Part shown: piece by piece, positions 26,984-35,457 of the stretch
Numbering within the stretch: the stretch's first letter is position 1
How the letters are laid out: the number at the start of each line of letters is the position of its first letter
Assembly: GCA_016209495.1 (NCBI GenBank)
Contig: JACQVX010000082.1
Span: forward strand, 1-54,912
Origin: Planctomycetota bacterium
Lineage (GTDB): Bacteria > Planctomycetota > JACQVX01
Direction of reading: 5' to 3'
Length of the DNA: 54,912 nucleotides
Translations under genes and position numbers: made by a program
The notes under the pieces: generated by a model
What the model was told of the DNA's origin: nothing
What the model saw: the letters and a program-made list of their open reading frames with translations, nothing else
Database searches by the model: none

Positions 26984-29900
26984 TCACCTCTCGCGCTCTG
27001 CCTCGCGCACGTCGGGCGCGGACCCTGCAGCTTCATGACGGAGGCCGGCGGGCTCGGCCCCGGGCCACCGCGGTCCCTCCGCGCCCAGCCACACCAGGTC
27101 CTGCACCAGTTGCGGCCGCCAGGCCTCCTCGACCAGCTCCAGGCCGCTCTCCTGGAGGGCCTCTTCCCAGAGCCGTTGGCGCGGGGTGTCGAGGACCGCC
27201 AGGTCGTAGAGGCGCAGGGTGCGGTCTTCACCGCCGGTGGCCAGCCACCTCCCGTCGGGGGAGAAGCTCGCCGCGCGCAGCTTGCCGGAGGCATCGTCCA
27301 GGACGCCCACGCCCTGCGCCAAGGCGAGGTCCCAGAGGACCGCCGTGCCGTCGGCGCCCGTCGAGCACAGCAGGCGCCCGCGGGGGTCGAAGGCCAGCGC
27401 CAGGACGTTGACCGCGTGGGCCGCGGGGAGCTCGAGCCCCTCGGTGGCCCCGACACGCCCCAGGCGCAGGTGGCCGTCGTCGTGGCCCAACGCCCAGCGC
27501 TCCCGCTCCGGATCGAAGGCCGCGGCGCTCAGCCTGTCGTGCCCGGCGGGGAGACGCGCCAAGAGACCGGGTCCCGGAAGCCGGGAGAGGTAGGCCTCCG
27601 TCTGGCCGCCGAGCACCCAGAAACCTTCCTGCGGCCGCTCTGCGGGCTCCAGGCACTGGTAGGGCCAGCCCTCCGCGGGCAAGGGTTCGGCGGCCGGCGG
27701 CCAGCCCGCCCCGGCCCGCCAGGTGCGCAGCCGGCGGTCGTCGCAGGCCGCCGCCAGGATACCTCCGTCGCGGCTCCAGGCCACCCCGAAGACGGCCCTG
27801 TCGCCGCCGGCCGGCAGGATGGTCTGGGCGCCCTCGCCCTCCAGGGGCGCGACCACCACCCGGGGGCCGTGCTGGGTCCACGCCAGGTGGCGCCCGTCCG
27901 GCGAGAAGGCCAGGTCGAGCACCGCCGAGCCCGATGCGGCGAACCAGCGCGCATGGCCCTCCAGGTCCTGCACGCGCACCTCGCCCGAATTGGAGGCCGA
28001 GGCCAGGCGGGTGCCCGACGGGTCGAAGGCCAGCGTGCTGATGGCGAAGAGGTGCCCCGCGTAGGCGCGCGGGCCACGAGCGCCCTCCAGCCCCCAGACC
28101 CGCATCGTCCGGTCGTCGCTGCCGCTGGCCAGGCGCCGGCCCTCGGGGTCGAAGGCCAGGCAGGTCACCGGCCGGCGGTGGGCCAGGATGACCTGGCGCA
28201 GCTTCTCGGCCTTGATGTCCCAGATGGTGATGCGCCCGTCGTCGCACCCGACGGCCAGGCTGGCGCCGTCGGGGCTGAAGTCCAGGGCGCGCACGCTCGC
28301 CCCGTGGCCCGGTAGGCGCGCACGCAGCTTCCCGGAGGCGTCCCAGAGGCGCACGTTGCGGTCGGCGCCGCCGCTGGCCAGCAGCTTCCCGTCGCTGCGG
28401 TAGGCCAGGACGAAGGTCTCCGCCAGCCCGTCTTCGAGCGTGGCGCGCCGGGTGCGCTTCTCGAGATCCCAGACGTAGATCTGCCTGTCGCCGGCCGCCA
28501 CCGCCAGGCTGCGCCCGCTGGGGCTGAAGGCCATTCGCCGCACCCCCAGGAGGTGGCCGTCTAGGTTGCCCGCCGGCCGCAACCCGGGAAGCTCCCACAG
28601 GAGCACCCGCGGGTCGTCCTTGGAGCCGGCCGCCAACCACCGGCCGCCGGGCTCCAGGGCGACCTCGGTGGCGGTAGCGAAGGGCAGCGGGATGGACTCC
28701 GTGGTGCCGGCTTGTCGGTCTTGGTATTGGAGCAGTCCGCCATCTCCGATCGGACGGACCCCCCGTTGGAGGTCCGGGCTGATGTCCCAGTCTCGTATGT
28801 GACTCGGCCTAGGCGAGCCATACGTGGGCAGCTCCGGGATTGCCGCACCGCCCAGGCGCCAGCGCAGGGGCAACTGGTCGCCGCCCACGCTCGCGATCTC
28901 GTCCTGGCCGCACCAGACCAGGCGGCGCAGGCCGAAGGGGTGCCCGGCGCCCCAGGCCAGGGGCCGGCGCGCCTTGAGGTCCCACAGGGCCAGGCCGCCC
29001 TCCCCGTAGGCCAGGGCCAGCCGTTGCGGTTGTGCCGGGTCGAAGGCCAGGGCGCGCACCGGCACGGGCGCGACCTGCAGCGCCTCGACCTCGCCGCCGC
29101 CGGAAGCGCCCAGGAGCAACTGGCCAAGGTTGTCGCCCGCCGCCCAGCGGGCCCCGTCGGGCGAGAAGGCCACGCAATTCAGGCCATGCGGGTGATCTCG
29201 GATCAACACTTCCACGCCGCGGTCCAGGTCGTGGATCACCAGCGAAGTGCGGCCGACGATGGCCGCCAGGCGGCGTCCGCCGGGATCGAAGGCGAGCACC
29301 CAACTGTCGGGCTTGAACCCCACGCCGACCGGCAGCTCCCCACGCGGCCGTCCCTCGGAGGTCCAGAGCCTCACGGGTCCATGATAGCCTGTGGTGGCCA
29401 GGAGGGTGCCCGACGGGTCCAGGGCCAGGGCACTGATGTAAGGGTCTGTTCCGTCGTCCCGGAAGTCCACCTGTATCACGCGGTCGAACGTGCCGGTGCG
29501 GGGGTCGCGCAGGCGCACCCGGCCGTGCCGCAACGCGACCGCCAGGGGGTCGCCGTCGGGCCCCAGGGCGAGCAGGCCCATGGCCGGCTCGGCCTGCTCG
29601 CCGAGGTCGATGGGCGGGCGCGGCGCCCAGGTGGGCACGTCCCAGCCGCGAAGCACGTTGTCGTTGCCCGCCGTCCAGAGCCGATCACCGGCGGCCGCGA
29701 AGGCGATCCCACTGTTGCCCCCTGCCGATGTGGCCAGGCCCACCACGCGCCGCATGTCGCGCAGCCCGTAGACGGTCACCTCCTTGGAATTGGCGCTGAC
29801 CGCCAGCCAGCGCCCATCGGGGCTGGCGGCCAGACTGACGAGCTGCTCGCCGGGGCCCGTGGAGAAGATCAGCCGCGGGGCCTGGTCGCGCGCCCGGCCC

Positions 29901-31186
29901 AGGAGCCAGCGCGTGCGCAGGTCTTCCTCGACCTGCAGGGCCTGCGCCAGGGTGGCCCAGGCCTCCTGCGCGCGGCTCTGGCCCAGCAGCAGCTCTCCGC
30001 GCTCCCGCAGGGCGCGCGCCAGGGAGGCCTGCGCCCTTTCGGCCGAGGCGCGTGCCTGGCCCTCGGCCGTGCGCGCTACGCCCTCGGCCCTGCGCGCCGC
30101 GCGGCCCTCGGCCAGGACCCGGACAAAGGCCACCGTGATCACCGCCGCCAAGAGGAGCGCGGCGCCGGCCGCCACGACCACCGGGGCGCGGTGGCGGCGA
30201 GCGAACTTCAGGGCGCGCTCCAGGGGGCCGGCCGGGCGCGCCGCGATGGGGCGAGCGTCGCGGCGGCGGCGCAGGTCCTCCAGCAGGGCGCCCGCGTCCA
30301 GGTAGCGCTGCTTGGGGTCCTTTTCCAGGCACTTCAGGCAGATGGTCTCCAGGTCGCGATCCACCTCGCCGTTGAGCAGCCGCGGGCTGACCGGGTCGCG
30401 ATCCAGGCACTGCCTCCTGACGGAGGCTAGCGTGGCCCCCACGAAGGGCGGGGCCGAGGTGAGCGCCTCGTAGAGGACGGCCCCCAGGGCGTAGACGTCG
30501 CTGGCCGGCCCGATCGCCTCCAGCTCGCCCTCCCACTGCTCGGGGGGCATGTAGTAGGGCGTGCCCAGGCCCTGCCCACTCTGGGTCAACCCGCCCTGGG
30601 CCGTCAGGTCCCTCGCCAGGCCGAAGTCCATCACCACCGGGCGGTCCCCCTCCTGGACGATGACGTTGGCGGGCTTCAGGTCGCGGTGCACCACGCCGTG
30701 GGTGTGGGCGTGGGCGACGGCCTCCGCCACGGCCTCGATCAGGGCCAGGACCCGCGGCAGCGGCAGCTCCCCGGACCGGATCAGCTCAGCCAGGGTCTTG
30801 CCCGCCACCAGGTCCATGGTGAAGTAGTGCAGCTCGCCGTCCTGGCCCACCTCGTGGACGGCGACGATCCCGGGGTGGCGCAGGCCCGCCACCATGCGCG
30901 CCTCGCGCCGGAAGCGCTCCACCTCGGCGGCGCTGGCCCAGGCCTCGGCCGTGATCACCTTAAGGGCCACGCGGCGATCCAGTCCGGCCTGGCGGGCGGC
31001 GTAGACCGTCCCCATGGCGCCCCGGCCCAGCTCGCCCTCGATCAGGTAGTTGCCTATGCGCTGCGGCCCGGCCGTAGCGGGCCGCTCCCCGGCGGCCCTG
31101 CCGCCTGGCGGCGCGGTGCGCGTCGCGCCCGCCTCGAGGCCGTCGTCCTGCGGGTCGTCTGGAGAGCTCATGCCCATGGCCGCCAT
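26984..31186 (-). CDS. Ser/Thr protein kinase with one TM helix and WD40 repeats
   Basis: 'LGRGAMGTVY', 'VALKVI', 'HRDLKPANVI', 'DFGLAR', 'GTPYYMPPEQ', 'DLETICLKCLEKDP'; TM 'VVVAAGAALLLAAVITVAFV'; many WD40 repeats ('LASGGADRNVRLWD', 'LASGSDDRTMRVW'). Start is one of several Met codons at 31171-31186. Confidence 0.93.
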   Translation of the reverse strand: MAAMGMSSPDDPQDDGLEAGATRTAPPGGRAAGERPATAGPQRIGNYLIEGELGRGAMGTVYAARQAGLDRRVALKVITAEAWASAAEVERFRREARMVAGLRHPGIVAVHEVGQDGELHYFTMDLVAGKTLAELIRSGELPLPRVLALIEAVAEAVAHAHTHGVVHRDLKPANVIVQEGDRPVVMDFGLARDLTAQGGLTQSGQGLGTPYYMPPEQWEGELEAIGPASDVYALGAVLYEALTSAPPFVGATLASVRRQCLDRDPVSPRLLNGEVDRDLETICLKCLEKDPKQRYLDAGALLEDLRRRRDARPIAARPAGPLERALKFARRHRAPVVVAAGAALLLAAVITVAFVRVLAEGRAARRAEGVARTAEGQARASAERAQASLARALRERGELLLGQSRAQEAWATLAQALQVEEDLRTRWLLGRARDQAPRLIFSTGPGEQLVSLAASPDGRWLAVSANSKEVTVYGLRDMRRVVGLATSAGGNSGIAFAAAGDRLWTAGNDNVLRGWDVPTWAPRPPIDLGEQAEPAMGLLALGPDGDPLAVALRHGRVRLRDPRTGTFDRVIQVDFRDDGTDPYISALALDPSGTLLATTGYHGPVRLWTSEGRPRGELPVGVGFKPDSWVLAFDPGGRRLAAIVGRTSLVIHDLDRGVEVLIRDHPHGLNCVAFSPDGARWAAGDNLGQLLLGASGGGEVEALQVAPVPVRALAFDPAQPQRLALAYGEGGLALWDLKARRPLAWGAGHPFGLRRLVWCGQDEIASVGGDQLPLRWRLGGAAIPELPTYGSPRPSHIRDWDISPDLQRGVRPIGDGGLLQYQDRQAGTTESIPLPFATATEVALEPGGRWLAAGSKDDPRVLLWELPGLRPAGNLDGHLLGVRRMAFSPSGRSLAVAAGDRQIYVWDLEKRTRRATLEDGLAETFVLAYRSDGKLLASGGADRNVRLWDASGKLRARLPGHGASVRALDFSPDGASLAVGCDDGRITIWDIKAEKLRQVILAHRRPVTCLAFDPEGRRLASGSDDRTMRVWGLEGARGPRAYAGHLFAISTLAFDPSGTRLASASNSGEVRVQDLEGHARWFAASGSAVLDLAFSPDGRHLAWTQHGPRVVVAPLEGEGAQTILPAGGDRAVFGVAWSRDGGILAAACDDRRLRTWRAGAGWPPAAEPLPAEGWPYQCLEPAERPQEGFWVLGGQTEAYLSRLPGPGLLARLPAGHDRLSAAAFDPERERWALGHDDGHLRLGRVGATEGLELPAAHAVNVLALAFDPRGRLLCSTGADGTAVLWDLALAQGVGVLDDASGKLRAASFSPDGRWLATGGEDRTLRLYDLAVLDTPRQRLWEEALQESGLELVEEAWRPQLVQDLVWLGAEGPRWPGAEPAGLRHEAAGSAPDVREAERER

Positions 31187-31227
31187 GATAGTCGCAGGAG
31201 GCGGGCCTGCGCGCGGCGCCCCCGGCA

Positions 31228-31510
31228 TGGGACCGGGCCGGCTTCGCTGGCCACTTCGCCGCATCGAAGAGGCCACGGGCGTGCGTCGGGAGACGGCCAG
31301 CGCCTATCTGATGGCGACGGGGATCCCCATGCGTCTGCCGGGCGGTTGGGGGCGGTCCTGGAGCTGTCTCTGGGCCACAGGGCGCAGGTGGACTACGGCA
31401 CGGGGCCCATGGTGCGCCACCCCAAGACTGGCAAGTACCGCCGCACGCGCCTCTTCGTGCTGACCCTGGGCTACAGTCGCAAGTGCGTGCGCTTGCTCAC
31501 CTGACGTTCC
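31228..31510 (+). pseudogene. istA: IS21-family transposase (IstA) remnant with internal deletion
   Basis: Two frames carry IstA pieces: HTH 'WPLRRIEEATGVRRETASAYL' and catalytic start 'AQVDYGTGPMVRHPKTGKYRRTRLFVLTLGYSRKCVRLLT', then a stop. Confidence 0.8.
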
Positions 31511-31700
31511 AGTACCCAGCACGACGGACGCGGCGACGAGGGTCCCCTTCGCCTCGCATGCAATATCGAGGGCGGCCGCCGCCACGACGTCGACCTTCCG
31601 CATGACGCCCTCCGTCGCCTCGGCGATGAGTAGGACCGCATCCTCGCTCAGCGATGCCCCAAGCACGCCCCCCTCGACGCCGGACCGCACCCGCACTATC
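31510..31700 (-). pseudogene. Possible fragment of an ExeA-like transposon-associated AAA ATPase C-terminus
   Basis: 'LSEDAVLLIAEATEGVMRKVDVVAAAALDIA' resembles the lid of ExeA-type ATPases; no N-terminal P-loop. Confidence 0.35.
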
Positions 31701-31846
31701 CTCTCGGCATGGGGCTCCACCGGGAAACGGTGCCCGTCCCCCTCGCCGCCCGTGCGCATGTAGGCGGCACGATCTGGCGCCTCACCACAGGGATCTGAGG
31801 CCCAGTCGTCCGAGGAACGGGTTCCTCCGGAGCGTGAGGGAATGGC

Positions 31847-34800
31847 ATGACGGACGACAGGTCGACGGATGGGCCGGCCCCGCAGGTCCGGATCGAGGCG
31901 AGGCCGCTCCGGGCGTCCGAGCTCACCAGGGGCCAGGCCAAGGTCATCCACGACGCCACCCGTTGGCTGGCTTCATTCTGCAGCGGGGCGCCGGCCGCGG
32001 ATGAAGCTAGCCGTCGTGAACTGGCCCCGGCGTTCCTGCCGCGCTTCGATGCGGAGCGACGTTCCAACGTCGTCCTGATCGATGGGGCACGGGGGAGCGG
32101 GAAGACGAGCGTCTTCCTCACCCTCCTCAGGCTGTGGGGCAGTTCGCTCCGGCTCTCGGGAGGGTCGCGTGGCACCCGGCCGGCGGAAGGGACCGGCTGG
32201 TTCTGCGAAGGCGATCCCCCCCCCGATGCGGACACCGCCAAGAACGTGGAGCTACTCCTCAAGATCCGGGATAGACAACCGCTCAAGGGGCAAGTCGTCC
32301 CGCTCCACCCCCTCGACCTCCAGCCGCTCCCACCCTCGACCTCGCTCCTGGCCTGGCTCGCCTCGCGGCTCCATGACGTGGTCGATTCGCTCGTGGGCGA
32401 GGAAGAGACGGGGACCGAGGGGTACGACCTCCAGGAGTCTCGTCCTTCCGCCTCGTTTCTCATGCGGGAACTCGCCTGCGAGGCGGCGTGGCGCCGGCTG
32501 ATTCGCGCCATTGCTGCCGGGTGGGACGGGAACATCGAGGACCGGAGGGGCAGGGTCGATCCCGAGGCCTACGCCGTCGAACGGGAGGACGCGGAACGGG
32601 CCCGGCTCCGGGTCCCGGAGTCGTGGCGGGTGTTCATCGACGACCTTCTCTCCGACCTGAGGGCGTGCTACGGCCTCGGACCGGATGGGCCGCTCCTCGT
32701 CCTCCCCATCGACGATGCCGACACCAATCCGGCGCGGTGCGTCGAGCTCCTGAACCTCGTCCGGACCCTGTGGCACGAGCGGGTCGTGTTCCTCCTCACG
32801 GGCGACAGCGACCTCTTCCGCGAGACCCTCCGGATGGACTGCCTGGGTGCCATCCAGCGGCCCCTCCGAGACCTGAAACGTCTCGGAGACGCGGTGACGG
32901 ACTTCAGTGCGGCCCCGGCGGTGGCCCGCGACCTCGCCGCGGCGATCTACGACAAGGTCGTACCGCCCGCCCACCGCTTCAGACTGGCCGGGCTGGATCC
33001 CGTGGAACGGGTGCACCTGCTCGAGACCACCCTCAAAAAGGTTCCGATCATGTTGCCTCCGGACGTCAAATCCCCCGAGACCCTCCTCGGCTACTTCGCC
33101 CTCCCCCTGGGTCCTGGAGGGGAGATGGTGCCCACCCAGGCGGCCGACGGCCTGCCGGAGACCATGCGCGAGATCCTCGATCTCCAGGGACAGGCATTCG
33201 GCGAGGGCAGTGCGGCCGCTCTGATCCTATTCCTTTGGCGGCGGGCTTTGGCGTCAGCCTGGTTGCATAACGCAGATCGGGGACGGATCTCTTACGCCCT
33301 GTCGTGCGACCCCCTCGGCCGTCTCCACTTCGACACGACGCAACTCGGGTCTGGGACAACCGTCAGGGGGTTATGGAACTTCTCGTATCCGAGCGATGGA
33401 ACGCGAACGATACTTGTCGGGAGGCGTACCGGGTTCACGCATTGCGTGCGTGGCCAGAAGGGCAGGGATGCGACCGAGGAGAAGTCTACTCGCTATCTTG
33501 ACAAGCATCTGAACGGGATCCTGATCGTCGCGACCGATCTCGTCGCGGACTCCGAGAAAGCTTCGTTCACCGGGGCGCCTCCAACGCCGCCTCCCTTCCA
33601 GAGTGGTCCCGTCGAATCGAGCGTCCTGGTGACGTGGCGCCGCGAGGATCCGTCGGGCGCAAGGGTCGCCCCGACGGTATTGGGGACTCGGTGGCCCGTG
33701 CCCCAATGGCACGCCTACCATGACTTCGTGCCTTTCGACCACGGCTGGGCGCAGGTGACCGATGGTTTCGCAGAGGATCTCGAGCTGCTTCGTCATCAGA
33801 CATTGAACGTCCCCCCTCGCGTCCTGGATAGCCTGGGACGAGGCTTTCTGGATCTCATCTGCAAGATCGCCGAATCCCGGAGCATCCCGGCCCTTTCTGA
33901 GGCAGGGCCAGTCGAGCCACCGGCGTGGTCGGAACTCGCTCGGCGGGTCGTCAAACTCTCGGCCACCATGCCGAACTCGGCCCGCGGCTTCATCAACCAG
34001 CACTGGGCGCGGGACCACGCCCTTCTACTCGCCACTCCGGAATCCGGTCTCCCCAACGAGTCGGCGAGCGAGTTCCTCCAGGCCGTCAAAGGGACGGCAG
34101 ATGAAGACACCTGGTCACTGATGTGCATTGGTGCAGGGCGTGCCCGTCGCGCCCGGATCATGCAGACCGTTCCGGGCATGTCGAACGAACGCGACGCCGA
34201 TGGGATATGTCGGGCCATCGACGACCAATTCGGCGGCGACATTGCCGAGTGGATCGAGGAGCGACCCCGCGAGCACGCAGATCTCCAGACCGCCCTTCGC
34301 AGCATCCAGGTCGTTCACCCGGAGGGTGCCTCGGCGAAGAGCCCCAACAACCTCCAAGCCTACCTGAAAGAGCTCGGCGGTCTGGCGGCCTTGCGGCGCC
34401 TCGAACCGGAGGAGGCGGCGGGGCTGGAGAGACTCGCGGCCGGGTTCCCGATTCCTGGAATGGCGGGGCTCTTCCTCGCCGAGGCATGGACCTTCCTGGT
34501 GGGGCGACGCAGTATGCAGCCGAAGGTGCGCGCAGCCCTGGCCTCCTACCTGACCTGGACGGAGGAGGCAGGCCTCCGGCTGAGCGGCGCGGAGCCCACC
34601 TTCGAGGGGGCGGAACCGGTCACGGTCGAGCTGGATGGCGATCGCGCGATGGTCCTCCCCAACCGCGCCTCGCTCCGAGCGGTCGGCCTCGCCGACCCGG
34701 TCTTGGAGGCCCTGTGGCTCCTCGCCCACGAAGTCCGTGCCGACGAGCACGATCTGGACGCCGGCAAGGAGCGACCGGCGGCACGGGTGTGGCTCAAACC

Positions 34801-35440
34801 GATCCGGTGCGTCTTCACCATCCGGGGTGATCGGATCGAGGTTCCCTGGCCGATGCCGGCTTGGCCCGCCGCACTGGATGCCGTCCTGGTCTTCCGAACG
34901 CTCGCCCCCCTACTCGAACAGGTCCGCGTCGCGGCCCCCGGGCTCAAACGCCTCACAGGTCCTCGTCGACAGGACATCGCCGATGGCGTGGCCTGGGCGG
35001 TGGTCAGGGCCATCACCTCCGTGTCCCTTGGGCGCGCGGTCGCCGGGCCGGACGACGTGATGATCGCCCCCCGGGACGTGAGGGGAAGCCTCGGGGCAGC
35101 GTACAAGGAGGTCACCCGATGGTCGGTGCAACAGGCGACCTCGGGGATGCGGATCGAGGCGATCAGGGACTGGCTGAGCCACGACTTCCCCCTCCTCGCG
35201 GCCCCCGAGTTCGGGCTCTCGCCCGGCCTCGCGAAGGCTATCCTCGACGCCTGGGGGCATGGGCCGGGGGAAATCGAAGGCCAAGAGGTGCAGCAGCGCA
35301 GGCTGCGCCGGTTCGAGAAGGCCCTGGGGGCCTCCGGCCGGGACCCTGGGAACGCCACGCAACTCCTAGCCGAGATCGATGCCAAGGCGCCCGACCACCC
35401 GTGGGTCGCGTGGTTCCACAGCCGGACCCGATCCCGCTAG
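31847..35440 (+). CDS. rdrA: RADAR-type P-loop ATPase RdrA with a duplicated C-terminal region
   Basis: Walker A 'VVLIDGARGSGKTS', Walker B 'LLVLPIDDADTN', 'VVFLLTGD', 'YDKVVPPAHR'; directly upstream of a large adenosine deaminase. Confidence 0.8.
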   Translation: MTDDRSTDGPAPQVRIEARPLRASELTRGQAKVIHDATRWLASFCSGAPAADEASRRELAPAFLPRFDAERRSNVVLIDGARGSGKTSVFLTLLRLWGSSLRLSGGSRGTRPAEGTGWFCEGDPPPDADTAKNVELLLKIRDRQPLKGQVVPLHPLDLQPLPPSTSLLAWLASRLHDVVDSLVGEEETGTEGYDLQESRPSASFLMRELACEAAWRRLIRAIAAGWDGNIEDRRGRVDPEAYAVEREDAERARLRVPESWRVFIDDLLSDLRACYGLGPDGPLLVLPIDDADTNPARCVELLNLVRTLWHERVVFLLTGDSDLFRETLRMDCLGAIQRPLRDLKRLGDAVTDFSAAPAVARDLAAAIYDKVVPPAHRFRLAGLDPVERVHLLETTLKKVPIMLPPDVKSPETLLGYFALPLGPGGEMVPTQAADGLPETMREILDLQGQAFGEGSAAALILFLWRRALASAWLHNADRGRISYALSCDPLGRLHFDTTQLGSGTTVRGLWNFSYPSDGTRTILVGRRTGFTHCVRGQKGRDATEEKSTRYLDKHLNGILIVATDLVADSEKASFTGAPPTPPPFQSGPVESSVLVTWRREDPSGARVAPTVLGTRWPVPQWHAYHDFVPFDHGWAQVTDGFAEDLELLRHQTLNVPPRVLDSLGRGFLDLICKIAESRSIPALSEAGPVEPPAWSELARRVVKLSATMPNSARGFINQHWARDHALLLATPESGLPNESASEFLQAVKGTADEDTWSLMCIGAGRARRARIMQTVPGMSNERDADGICRAIDDQFGGDIAEWIEERPREHADLQTALRSIQVVHPEGASAKSPNNLQAYLKELGGLAALRRLEPEEAAGLERLAAGFPIPGMAGLFLAEAWTFLVGRRSMQPKVRAALASYLTWTEEAGLRLSGAEPTFEGAEPVTVELDGDRAMVLPNRASLRAVGLADPVLEALWLLAHEVRADEHDLDAGKERPAARVWLKPIRCVFTIRGDRIEVPWPMPAWPAALDAVLVFRTLAPLLEQVRVAAPGLKRLTGPRRQDIADGVAWAVVRAITSVSLGRAVAGPDDVMIAPRDVRGSLGAAYKEVTRWSVQQATSGMRIEAIRDWLSHDFPLLAAPEFGLSPGLAKAILDAWGHGPGEIEGQEVQQRRLRRFEKALGASGRDPGNATQLLAEIDAKAPDHPWVAWFHSRTRSR

Positions 35441-35457
35441 CGAGGACGGCCCACCCG

